From: Paramecium tetraurelia
Lineage: Eukaryota
Direction of reading: 5' to 3'
Length of the DNA: 64,000 nt
Assembly: GCA_000165425.1 (NCBI GenBank)
Contig: CT868252.1
Location: 310,001-374,000 of the forward strand
In this document: in pieces, positions 41,191 to 54,129 of the stretch
How the letters are laid out: each line of letters opens with the position of its first letter
How positions within the stretch are numbered: the stretch's first letter is position 1
Program-made: the position numbers and the translations under genes
The notes under the pieces: generated by a model
Databases searched by the model: none
Told to the model about the DNA's origin: nothing
Seen by the model: only the letters and a program-made list of their open reading frames with translations

Positions 41191-44100
41191 ATGAATATTA
41201 CATAACTAGAACTCTTTAATCAAGCATGCCATTAATATAAGGGTATGGTGATTTCTTCTGATTTCATACAGGCAGCTCTTCTTAGTAAATATCAAATAAC
41301 TCCTGCAGAATTCTTAAGACCCTTTCTACCAAGAAAAATACAAAGATTGAAATTGGGTTTGAGAGAGAAAGAAAAAGAGCTAAACATAAAATTGTTAGAC
41401 TTGAGAGAATATGACTAGATTGGAAATGTCAAGTTGGACAAACATTCACGTCTTTTGTTGGAGGATGCCCAAGTTGTGGATCAAGTTTAAATCTCAAGAA
41501 ATTGTAGCAAACAAACATTAGATCAAATATGCGAATAAAATAAGATGGCTGGGTTCTAGTAATTGTAATAAGTAGTGGGGGATTGTTTAGGATTCTAATA
41601 TCATTATAATTTCCTAGATCACCCAATTGTATTATTTTATGTGGTTAGTGGGTAAGAGAAAAATTTAATATAAGAGATCAACAAAATAAGAAGTGAATCA
41701 AATAGTTTGATTAAAATGATTTTTAAGAATAACATAAGTGATTTTGATATGGTGAGTAAAGTAATCATAATATTGAATGATGCCTAAGAGGCAGTGCAAA
41801 GTGAATCTCTGGATTAGAATAAAGATTTAAGTAAACTTCGGTCTTACACTCTCAAATATAATTTGCCTAATCCTATTGAGCAGACTCACTGGTCTAGATT
41901 TGCATATCAGAGATATAATTATGATGGAGAAGTGCCTAAACATCCATTAGGAATTTTGGATGAATAATGGACTAAAATATATAGACAAGTTCTTGAGGAA
42001 GTCATATTATAACAAGCAGTGATTATGTTGGAGAGACAAATCAATATATAGACACAACAATATTAAGAAATGAAATAGAAAACATTCGATACATTTTTGA
42101 CAAGCATATTCACCACAAGAACAGGTTAACCAACTGAAACTGAGTATAAGATGAGTCAAAAAGAATAACTTTTGAGATTCTTGGGTGACAATCATTATTT
42201 AATGAATGATTATGAAAGTGCTGCCATCTATTATAAAGGACTTATAAACGAACTTAAAAATAATAAGACCAATACTACTATTGCTACTTTAAATGCAACT
42301 GAATATTATTTGTATTCTCGATTATTGTCATAATAGAAAATAGATAATTTGAAGAACATTTTCGATGAAATCTAGATGGGCTATCATAAGATTGTTCATT
42401 TCCCATACATGTTAAGAATCATGTACTTTTATATTATTACAACTCACATGTTTGGAAAATACAACAAGGAGTAAATCTATTTCCTTTAAAGATTTCATCG
42501 TTACTTTAAGGATTTAGGAAGCACTACAAAAAAAGATTATTTTGTTGTGTATCAGATATTAGTCTATGAATAAATTGCATTTATACATTTGAGATTAGAT
42601 CCACCTGAATTCAGAAAATTTGCTCACAATTTAACTTTAGTAGCTAATAAATATGAATCTGAGAATTTCAAGAAGCATGCATTGAGATGTTTCAAAATAG
42701 TTGAATAATTGTATTAATAGTCTAAGTGGGTTCCATTATTGTTCTGGTTGGAAGGCCATATTGGAGCTAATTGTTTGGAGAATCAGAGAATTCAAGAAGC
42801 CATTGATTCATTTAAATTGGCATTTAATCAAATAAATGAAAGATAGAGTTAAGAATAGCATAATCAATTAGTTGTAGACTGGAAAAAAGCATATACATCA
42901 ATTGAGCAACTTTAAGATCACAGAAAAAAATACTTTACACAGTCCAATACTGCTCTCAAGATACCAATTATTAAAGGACCTGTAGATATGTTAACACATG
43001 GCTAAGATGTACTTGATTCAATAGTTCTTAAAAATATCAAATAGAAATTTAAGAATTTATGGAATACAGTTTCTAAAAATGAATCATTTTATGAAGATGC
43101 ATCAATTAGAAGTTTTGATTCCCTCTATTTGGAAGAAAGAATAGCATGTTTCAATAAAACACCTTGTATTTTAAACATTGACAAGATCTCAGACTTAGTT
43201 GACAAAATTAACAAGTTTGGAAGACAATGTTTTGCTGAAGACACTATAACATTAAGATTTTTCATAAATTTACCTCTTAAAGTGCCCAGTTACATTAATG
43301 GCCTATAAGTTATGTATTAATTTTATACACTCAAAGAGAACCTATTAGAAATAGATACTAATAATGAAAAAGAATATGTACTCACAAAAATAAATACTTT
43401 AGAAATAAAGGACATTCCTTTTTAAGGAGCCATTCAAGAATACTTAGAAGTTTCCATAACTCCCCCTTAAGCAGGATATTTGATAATAACAGGTTTGCAA
43501 TGGAATTTCATTAATATTCCTGCCTAATTATAAATAAATTATGATGCTAAAGATTAATCAAAAAAGAAGAGTGTCAATTTTTACAATAAGTTTAGAGTGT
43601 TTCCTAAATTTATACCAATTAATATTGAGTATTACACAAAACCAGTAATAGCCTATGGTGAAATACGACCAATTCTATTCAAATTCACAAATAAGAATCC
43701 TGAAGAAATTGTTATTCACATAACTCCGATAATACCATATCATTTTGGTTTTGAAGTGAAAAAGATTGTTTTAAGTGCCTTTTAAGTTTTGGAATATCAG
43801 TTTTATTTGAGATGCAGTTTTTAAGAGGAATTTGTTGGTTAATTATTATTTAAGTATTAATAAGGATAAAGTGGTGGAATTAGAATTTAGAAATTGGAAA
43901 TTCCAATGAAAGTGGAGCCTAGTTTCAAGATATCACTTTAAACAGATTTGATTGTCGACTATTGGAAATTCACATTGTAAGTTCAGGATTACTTTGGAGG
44001 TAAAGGCAAATTGAGATTCGATAGAATCCTTTGTTTGAATGAGAATTGGTAATACTTTGATGTTCCATATCAATCAAGTGGAGATCCCTTTCTTTTGACG

Positions 44101-44827
44101 ACATTTAAAATGAAGAAGATTTAGACAAAAGATTATAGATATGAAGAATATCAAAATAGACTAAAAGAGAGGTTTTATAGGGATGGTGATAACTTTAATG
44201 AGATAGTTTTGGGTGATTAAGACATCCCAGCAGGCGTTGCAGTGGACTTTGTGAATTTGGATATATAGCATTACTTCAATGTTTTCTATCAGAAATTGTC
44301 TGATTAAAGAAGAGAGGAATTCCCTCTATTTATTATAGCAAGATGGACATATAGAAATGAAGATGAAATAGTGTATGGATTGCATGAATTACCAGTTTTG
44401 CAATAAAACTATTTGCATAGGGATGTGAAAGAATTCCCAATGACTTTTTCGATCTCAGCTCCGTATGAAATAGAGCACCAAAGTATGATTACGATGGTTC
44501 CAATTAAGATAAGTTTCAAAAACACTAAATATTTAGAACCAATTACTTTTACTGTGACATTGTTTAATGGGGATGAACCTTTGAAGTACAATAATTTAAT
44601 TATTAAGGTCTGTCAATGACATTTAGTAACCATTCTTTTTGTGGGAAGGCACCTTGCAACACAAAATCACATTGAAGCCATAAGAGATGAAAGTTCTGAG
44701 TTTAGAAGGTGTGTTTACAGAGAAAGGAGTGTATGATTTAAGCAGATTTAGATTGACAATGCACAATAAATAGTAAAACGAGTATTACTCGATTGATCAT
44801 GAAACAGTTATAATAAAAATTATATGA
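41191..44827 (+). CDS. TRAPPC8: TRAPP III subunit TRAPPC8/Trs85-like
   Basis: QITPAEFLRPF at the N-terminus, TEYKMSQKEQLLRFLGDNHYLMNDYESA, FRKFAHNLTLVANKY..KKHALRCF, RQCFAEDTIT, C-terminal FLWEG...GVYDLSRFR. Confidence 0.8.
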
Positions 44828-44852
44828 GATATATTTAATAATAAATAATATT

Positions 44853-45535
44853 ATGTCGAAGAAAGGAAACAAGAAGAAAGGAGGGGATGATGGAGAGAGA
44901 GAAGAGGAGGAAAAGGTTATGGTTTTGGAACATAAATGCCGAGCTCTTTAGACTAGATTTGGTAGAACAATTAATTTAAAATTAAGTGGAGGAACAGGAA
45001 AGAGGTGATAAAGCCAAAGCAGCTGAAAATGAGATCAGAGCCAGAGTCATGGAGATGGAAAATGATTTGAAGAAGGAGAAAGATAAATTATTTTGCATTG
45101 TGTATGGGGGATTATCTATTCAAAATATAGATCAGATATGACTAGATAATATAAATAAATGCAAGAAGAATTACTAAAATAAATTACTGATTTAAGATCC
45201 ACTGATGTGGAAAAAGAGGAAATCATTAGTAAATTATTAACCTCAATCAACTTTAGAGAACAAAGAACAATATATTCAAGACATGGTTAAAGATTATGAA
45301 TATAGATTGAAGAAGAAGGATGATGAAATTAGTGAGTTGAAACGTAAAATTGAAGAGATGTCAGCTGAATTTGCTCGAATGCTCAAAGTATTATGTTGAA
45401 GTTTATCATACTCAGGACACTCTTGATAAAATGTAAGAGAGAATATAATTGGCTCAATGGGATAATGATACTGATCCTCAAATCATGAAGAAGATAAAAG
45501 ATATTGCTGGAATGTAAACTCATCAATAAAATTGA
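44853..45535 (+). CDS. Coiled-coil ciliary protein CCDC153 / DRC12-like
   Basis: MSKKGNKKKG, SDMTRQYKQMQEEL, KDDEISELKRKIEEMSAEFARMLKDTLDKM; four tiny introns. Confidence 0.75.
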
Positions 45536-45583
45536 ATTCATAATATATATTTGCATATAAATTTTATTTTAATAGAATCACCC

Positions 45584-46175
45584 ATGAATACCATCACTTT
45601 CAATAGCAATATTGATTGTACTATTTATATATATAAGATCGATCACATCCCTAAGCCACCTTTCCTACTAGAAACATAAACAGAAATGCCACCTAGCAAT
45701 CTCCTTAAAAGAATCCTAAAAGGTTAATACATTGATTATTTATAGAGAATTCGATTACAAACTAATCTAATCACAAACTTAGAATCTTAATACATCCTCT
45801 CATTCTTTATCAAGACTTAGATCAGACACTCCTATTACTATTAGAGGATAAAATTATCGCTATGTCGGTTAAATGAATGGAAACTAAAAAGAAGGAGTTG
45901 GTTCCTATTATACAAATGAACTAGAATATGAAGGATAATGGTTCAATAATGTTTATCATGGATTTGGAAAATTATATTAAGAAGGCAAACTATCATATCA
46001 AGGGTAATTCAAAAAAGGTCTAAAAAATGGAGCTGGAATTGAATATTATGAAGATGAATCTTATTTCGTAGGCAATTTTGAAAAGAATCTTAAAAATGGT
46101 ATTGGAACACTTTATAAAAAAAATGAAAAATTATAAGGAATATGGTAAAATGATAAATTATTTGAGAAATATTGA
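45584..46175 (+). CDS. Short MORN-repeat protein
   Basis: YVGQMNGNQKEGVG, YEGQWFNNVYHGFG, YQGQFKKGLKNGAG, FVGNFEKNLKNGIG; two introns. Confidence 0.85.
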
Positions 46176-46200
46176 TAATTAAATATTATATACTTATTAA

Positions 46201-47118
46201 ATGGTTATTCCAAAATAATTATCGGTCTTTGTCAATCTAACTATTGGAAAAGGATATGTTTTGAAGAAATGGAATAAAGCAAAAGCCTTTCTTGATAAGT
46301 TCAAAATAAAATATCAAGTCATTTTGACATAATATCAAAATAATTGTCATGATTATTTATTAAAAGAACATCTTTGAAATATTTATGGAGTTGTACTTGT
46401 ATCTGAAGATGGATTACCACATGAAGCTATCTTTGTTGCAAGATAAGATTGTAAATAAGTATCTTACTTTATTACAGTTGGAGTAATCCAGTAGGGAGTG
46501 GAAATGCATTTGCAAAAAACCTTGAACAAATTATCACAATTTGAATGTAATCCAGAGAGTTGTGCTTTTTTAATTGTCAAAGGAATTACAACATAAATTA
46601 TTCTATTCGAAAAACCTCTAAAAAAGTTGTTTCTTCTCTATGTTTATCCTAAGCTTTCATTTCTGAAGTGGATTTTGGATCTGAATCATTAAGATTTTTG
46701 GGAGGTGATGTATACGGAACATGGAGGCTCTATAATTTAAAAGAAAAATTAAGTTAAATATAATAATCCATAGATGACTTTTAGATATTTTTGAGCATAA
46801 ATGATACCTTACATTTGCGATAATAATGTATCAGGCCCAGGAGCTAAAATTGATGACGAATTGATAGATGTATCTTGAGAATGGAGATTGGGCGCAATTA
46901 ATAAAGTGATCATTCAAAAAATATGATGGTAGTCATGTTGAAATTAATGAATATTGAAATGTGAAAACCAAAGGAAATTGCAAATAAGAAAAAGTGAAAG
47001 AATAAACTTTTGAACCAATCACTAAATGTCCATTGATCATAGATGGAGAAAGATACCCTTCTCAACCAGTGAAAGCAAAGGTATTTACCCAAAATTTTTG
47101 AAAGTATTTTGTTATTGA
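46201..47118 (+). pseudogene. Sphingosine kinase / DAG-kinase-family pseudogene
   Basis: Broken motifs SEDGLPHEA (cf. SGDGLxHE), PVGSGNAFA, EVDFGSESLRFLG and IDGERYP in different frames with internal stops. Confidence 0.8.
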
Positions 47119-47140
47119 AAAAATACTGTTAATTGAAAAC

Positions 47141-50100
47141 TCATACATTCTTTCCTTTAATTTATTCTAATAAGACTTTTGAGTAGTTTTCAAACATTTC
47201 TTTGCTGCAATTTATCACTATTTTTTCTATTAATTATAAACATAAAATTCATACTTATATCTTCTTCGCTAAGTTGTGCCTATGATTGCTCCATCATTCG
47301 ATTTGTCTATTGTTCTGGCTATTCCTATTTTCTGATTAATTATATAGACTTTTATAAATTATTCAAGTCATCATCTATTTCCCTTAAAACATTATCTTTA
47401 ATCTATTAATCTTTAACCGAATTTAATAAGTTTGTTAAATCAAGTAATTCTACTTGAATCTGTCTAATATGATGTTTAGCCAAGTTAGTTTATTAAAAGA
47501 TCTACAATGATAAGGAAATAATTACCTATTATTAGGTTGGATCAACTGATTATTGATGATAGTGCTAATCGTAAGCATAAGAACTATTCAAATTAATAGA
47601 ATCCTTTGAAATTGGACCTATCATCTATTTGATATGATCTTATGTTTAGGTAGCATTATTAATATATAAACTAGATTCAGTTGGTATAGATTATTTATTT
47701 TGTGGTAGTTGATAATCGGCATAAGAATTAATATTGGAATGCAATTAACTGCTATTTATTTAAGTATCCTAATCCATTCTCTTTGTTTCTAACTATGTTG
47801 TATCTCTTTAAGTTTGATCAACTTAACTTTCTTGGGTAACCAAATTTTGTTATAAAGCATCATGTTTTCTATTAAGTTATTTCAATTTATCCTATTTGAT
47901 TTCTTCTCTAGTTCTCTTTCTTTATACTTAACTGTCCACACTTTGACTTCGTGAGGATTATTAGTATTGTGATTTCTCATAAAAGAAATTTAGTTAACTC
48001 TGTTCTTCAAGTTGATTAGCTTCTTAAATGGTTTCTTAGTTTTTGTGAATTTAGTATTTATTTTATTGTTTTTCATTGACTTTGTTAAGGTTATTCTAAA
48101 CAATCTGCAATTGATTTTAAATAGTTTTGATATCATCCTTATCGAATTTTTAATCCTTATAGTTGAATTATGAATTTCCCAAAGGAGATAAAGCATTTTC
48201 AATTTATTTAGAGGATTTTGGATCCATATCATTATCCGATTCGAATTTAAACAATTCTACTTGTTCCTCCTCTTACTTCTAACTTTGTTATTGTTATTAT
48301 TATTATTATTGTTATTTATTATTGTTAAGGAAGCCTCTCAATTCATCTTCAATCCACAAACTATTGATAGTCCATTCTTTTGAACTCTTAAGATCTTATT
48401 AAGCGAAGACTTACTTCAACTTCTTTCCGATTAAACCCAATTATTTTTTCTTAAATATTTTATTTAATTTCCAAATGATAATACAACCTTCATGCCCAGC
48501 AGTAATGAAATGCTTGTTATCCATAGCAAATCCCATAGAAGTGAGTTGATCATGCTGAAATCTTTAGATTAACTCAAATTTGTTATTATAAATTTTGATG
48601 TTTTTATCAGAATATGTAGCAATTTAAAGACAGTTCTGATCATCCTTACTGTAGAGTAGAATTTTCGAATTTGCATCTGTTTCAAAAGACTACTTCAATT
48701 TACCAGTAGGAATATCATAGATTGATATTTTTTTCTCCAAACAAATAAATAAATTGTTGAAACTAACATCCATTGAGTATATTTTTGAAATTTACTCTTG
48801 ATGATATATTTTAAATTTCTATCCATTGAATTCTCTAAAGATAATGGCTTTATCTAATCCACAACTTATGAGTTTATTCTTGCTGAATTTAACACAAGTA
48901 ACTGAGCTAGTATGTTCTTCTAAAGAACCTATTTTTTGGAATTGATCATCATAGACATTTATTATGCGATCTCTGGATCCAGTGGCGAGTAAATCTATGT
49001 ATTCTGAGAAATCCAGAGTCATAATATCTTGATCATGAGCTTGGATTTGCTTATACAATGTGAATGTTTAAGTAGAGAATATTCTCAGAATTCCGGCTGA
49101 ATCTCCACATGCAAGATAATTACCATCTTTCGAAACTCTTACACATCTAATTTGAAGTTATGCTTATTGATTGGCTTTGAAGTGTTGATATTAATCACCA
49201 ATATAGATAATTTTGGAGAGATATTTACAGTAAGCATTTCTCCTCAATCCTAAAGGCTGTTAGTCATAAATATGCCACACTCTTAAAGTTTGATCAGAGG
49301 AGGCTGTAACAAAGAATGTGGCTTCGATTGATGATTATTAAGTCATTATTTAAAGATCATTAATGCTGGAACTGTGATTGAGAAATGAACGTTTTACAAC
49401 AATCTTTTCAAAATTACCAATATCCCATATGAACATTGTTCTATCACTATAAGCAGCAACTAAATGATTCTAATAGATTTGAACTGCCATACAATCGGCA
49501 AATTGATCACCTTAGACTTTGAGTTTGGTGACTCCTTTTTCAATATTGTAATTTCCTAGATTGGGAGGTTTTGAGAGTGTTACAATGTGTTGCATGTTCA
49601 TATTGAATATTCTTATTATGGCATCAGAACAACCTGTAATTAGATAATTTAAATGACTAGTTAATGAATAAGAATTAGCAGCCTTGAGATCCATCCATTT
49701 TTCGAATTGTTTTGTTTGCAAAGAAAATACAGTTATTAAAGAATCAAATGTTAATGCAAAAACTTAATATTGAGTAACATGAATATCAATAAAGTTTTTA
49801 TGCATGAATTGCCCATTCAACAAAAAAGGTTTTGGATCCATCATATTGTCATATGCAATTACACTTCCATCATCTTTAAATTACCAATATTTTAAATGCC
49901 CTTATCCAGCACTTATTAAAAGTCTTCCATTATCATTGAATCGAATTGTATTAACAGGTTTCGATAATTTATTCACAGTTAATTTAGTGCCCTGAATCCA
50001 ATCCCATACAAACAACCCTTTATCAGGTTCAGATCCCAAAGACACTAAATATGGTTTAGCTGGTGATTCAACAATCTAAGTGATTCCAAATTTATGTCCC

Positions 50101-50372
50101 TTTAATTACTAGCTAACATTTATCTCGCGATCTTCAGTAAGCTTAAATATGTTAACTGCAGGATTCTTAGTAGCTTGCTCTCCAGTAAACACATGCGTAC
50201 CATCTCTTGATATAAGTATGGCATGTACTTATGCTTTCCCAATCAAATATTTCTCTTATTAATTTTCCTTGTATGAGTAATATACAACTATAGACCCTGC
50301 TGCATAAGCCAGATTTTCTTTTATAGAAATTTAATGTTTCTATGTGACAGACATTCCTATAATGTAATTCAT
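47141..50372 (-). CDS. WD40 protein, WDR62/MAPKBP1-like, with coiled-coil tail
   Basis: LAYAAGSIVV, SRDGTHVFTGE, LKGHKFGI, HFKYW, FFVTASSDQTLRVW, IRCVRVSKDGNYLACGDSAGILRI, AHDQDIMTLDFS, LLATGSRDRIINV, HFITAGHEGCIIIW. Confidence 0.88.
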
Positions 50373-51828
50373 TTTGAAATTTTAAATTAAATATATTAGT
50401 TATCAATCAACTAAATTATGACAAACAAAAAAGTGATCAATTCATCATCATACAACAAAAACAACTCAAATTCATTCATATATTGATTACTTAATCTAAT
50501 ATAACATTATTTGATGCATAACACACTTTAATATTTTTCATTTTGATATAAAATCCATTCCATGTATAAATAAACATATTTTTATCAATAAGATTCTGTA
50601 CTTAGCTGGATTTAATTATCTCCTTAGGTTGTATGAAAATTATAATTTTCCTATAAATAATTTAATAATAAAAATGTTATTTTTTATTTCCTATCCATAT
50701 TAACACATTCTTCTTTTATCACAAAATTAGCTATTGTACATAACTAATTAAGACATTGCTTAAAATTCCCTTAATAACGATTTATTAAAATGTATTTCTA
50801 TGTTTTCAATAAAAAAATACTACCAATATGAACTTAACTCATTAAACATCCCAGCTACGGGGAATATATAGAGCAGAGCAAAACATGGTTTTTTGACGAA
50901 GAAGCGCTAAATTTTGAATAAAAAGGATTTAAAAAATATATACTCAAATTTTCAGAACGGAAGAATTATTTTTTTTCAAATTATTATAAATTAGTACTAC
51001 TACACACAAATAAAAAGTCAAAAAAATTTCAAATAAATGAGCACGAGTTAGTAAATTCTTTTAATGTAGATTTAATTCTGTTGTATTTTTCCAATATATA
51101 ATTTTCCAAGTCAGTTCTAATAACTATTTTTTCTGCTTTTAATTTTCTACCCTTAATTTTAATCTCTTTAGGTATGTAATTGAATTCCTTCCAGTTTTCA
51201 ACAATGTGAACGGTATCTTATTCACTGAATTAAACTGATCTTTTTTATTGATTGACCATAACTATTGAAGTATTTGGCATTTTATCTATTGTTTTTCTGG
51301 TTTATTTAAAATTAATTAATATTAAGAATTCTTTTTTCCAAAAATTCTTAAATAGCAAAAAGTTAATAAAATAACACTATTAATTTTAAATATAATATAT
51401 TAGATATTATATAAAAAGAAATAATCAGAAATTACAAAGTAAGTAGAATTTTAAAGAGTATCAGGAAATCATTTAATGATAAAACTTAAAAATAATGACA
51501 TTTAATGGTTTATAAATATATTATCGTTTCAAATTATTAACGAAGTTCAATAGAAATATCTCATTGTTATTCTACAAAAAGATCATATAATTTTGTCTCT
51601 TAATCACAGAGTTACGAAAAAAAATTGAAAACAACATCCTCTATTTTTTATTCAAAATAATTTTATCCTTAGGATTTTATAAGTATAAAATGAATATAAT
51701 AATAATATTAATAAAATTTATCAGATCCTTCTTTTCAATAAGCATATTCAACATGAAAAATGAAATTTCAAGAAATCCAACTTTTGTAAAAATATATATC
51801 AAACATTAATTATATTGTATATGAATTA

Positions 51829-52825
51829 TCAAGCTGATTTATATTCCTTAAACAAATCGATCAAAGAACCAAAATTAAATCTCACAACCTAATGCAATAT
51901 TTATTCATCATTTTAATTATGTTTCTATTTCAATTTCAAAATGCATTCCTATGAAAATTACATTTGCTTCTTTATCTTATTCAGTAGTAGAGTCTTCTTC
52001 ATTGACTACCTTTATTCCAATGATTTACCTATTGTTATTTCTTCTTTTTTGGATCTAATTGCTAAAATTTTACTTAAAACATCTCTCTTATAATGTTCTT
52101 CTTCTTTTAATATTACTTCTTGATTTTCTTAGTGTTCTCTATGATATGAGCATACTTATTGCAACTTTCCACAGAGTCATTTGAAATGAATTAATCTGAA
52201 TCCATATGATTTATATTTGTGCATCGACTACAAATACATTATTTGCATTTGATAGGACAACTCCAATCAGGTCTGAGTAATATCTTAATTGGGTTTATCT
52301 AATTAATAAAATAATTTAAATTTGTACCTTAAATTTGAACATCAAACAATCAAAACAAAATCCATGTCTACAATCTGTCGATCGATAATTACTGAAACAA
52401 TAATAACACATCTTCCCATTCTTATTGCAATAATGACAAAACCCTTATTTTGTAATAGATCCCACTTGATCTTTAATTTATTGTTCAGTTAAGGTCTTTA
52501 AGTTTGTTTTCTGCATTTCTATCTACTATTGCATAATTTAATTAGGTTGCTATTTAACTGCTTATTGTTTTTATTATTTGAGTTCCTACTCTTTTGTTTT
52601 CGGTTGATTGCATTTGATTCTTTGAGATTGCTATTATTATTATTGCTATTGTTATTATCCAATGTTATATTAATACATGGCTGGATTTTAGGGATTCATA
52701 TAATAAAATTAAGGAGGTTGCATAGATTAAGGGAATACGTAATTTGGAGGTGGATGAGGATACATATATTGTTAAGGATACATGTAACCCTATTAATTGT
52801 ACATAAAGTTATTTTAAGGGTGCAT
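51829..52825 (-). CDS. Q/Y/P-rich N-terminus plus zf-4CXXC_R1-like (RING-related) zinc finger
   Basis: FCHYCNKNGKMCYYC...CRHGFCFDCLMFKFK|INPIKILLRPDWSCPIKCKQCICSRC; one intron near 52299-52328. Confidence 0.75.
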
Positions 52826-52911
52826 TTGATGTATTATTATAATATTTAATATATATTATTAACACTTTGTATTTACAAAATACAAAATCAAAAAAATGAA
52901 TTAATAAAAAA

Positions 52912-54048
52912 TCAATAAACTTTATCCTTGATCAATTTCTCATGTTATTTAATGAAATTTGTGAACATTTCAGTCTAATCACCTTAATTTCCATCTTCCT
53001 TATCATCCACTTCAAAGTCGTCTTATTAAACCTAATTTGATTGAAATCTTCTCAAATCCACAGAGTCATCACTATTATTATCAGAATATTATTCTTCTTC
53101 TTCCATTGCCTCTTATTGTGAGGATTCTTCATCCAAACTATCATAATCATCATAATCAGTTCTTTGAGAATCCTCACTATCAAAACTCTCCTCAGCATCG
53201 CTTCCATATTATTACTCTGCAATCTGCTTCTCTATTTATTTAGTATCAATTTTCATTGTGATTTAGGATTTTGCTTTTTCTTTCTCCACTTTCTATATTA
53301 TATAGTAGTCCTCGTCGAACTCATAATTCGCTTTCTCATTAACACTCGTTAAACAATTCTTATTCTATTCTAGTTGTATTATTATCTCATATATTTATTT
53401 ATATATACTTTTTTTCTATTATTGGATAACAAGGAATCCCTAAAATCTTTTCTAAACTTTGTTACAAATCTGTCTCTTTTAAAGTATATTAAGCTTTTTT
53501 CAGCAGTCTCCTTAAATTCTTAGTTTTAGTCAGAATCGATATTTTATAGTGGTATTCTTTGTAACCCCACACTAATTAAAGAGTTGACAATTAATTTTAC
53601 ATTTGTTAATTCTTCTCATTTAAAGAAAGATTACCCACTAGTTCATCTAAATTTAACCTTTTTTGCTTTCGAGAATACAGAAAATTGAGCATTTCTTCCT
53701 CATTAGAAAAAACTATTAATAATCAATTTCTTGATGATACATATGTTATCAAAGGCTTAATCATTGTGCCTTCTTTTAATGCTGAAGATTAGTTATGGTT
53801 AGTTCTATATCTCCACTTTCTTTTTATTCTTAGCAATGATTTCCTTTCTCTGAATCATACCAAAATTTGACTTTATTTATTAAACTAAATTCATTAAACA
53901 ATTCTGTTATATAAAATTTAATCTAAAAATGGTCTCAAATTATTTTTCCATAATTCATCGCACTTTTTATGGTTGATTCCTGCTTTCTTGAGTAGACTAA
54001 AGTATTTATTCTTGTTAAACTCAAAAAAAATTATTATTATTAATTCAT
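52912..54048 (-). CDS. Hypothetical protein with acidic C-terminus; frameshifted at 5' homopolymers (possible young pseudogene)
   Basis: Long D/E-rich tail ending ...FTNFIKQHEKLIKDKVY*; the 5' part needs shifts at the A-run near 54023-54030 and T-run near 53943-53947. Confidence 0.5.
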
Positions 54049-54129
54049 TTTAATAATTATCTCACTGTTGCAAAATCAATAATCTTTATATTGAATTGTA
54101 TTAAAAATTCATTAAATTAAATTTAATTT

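Noticed and set aside
52529..52849. Leu-rich plus-strand ORFs in the track (also 23203-23487, 47179-47409)
   Set aside because: Antisense shadows of Gln/Lys/Glu-rich genes on the opposite strand.
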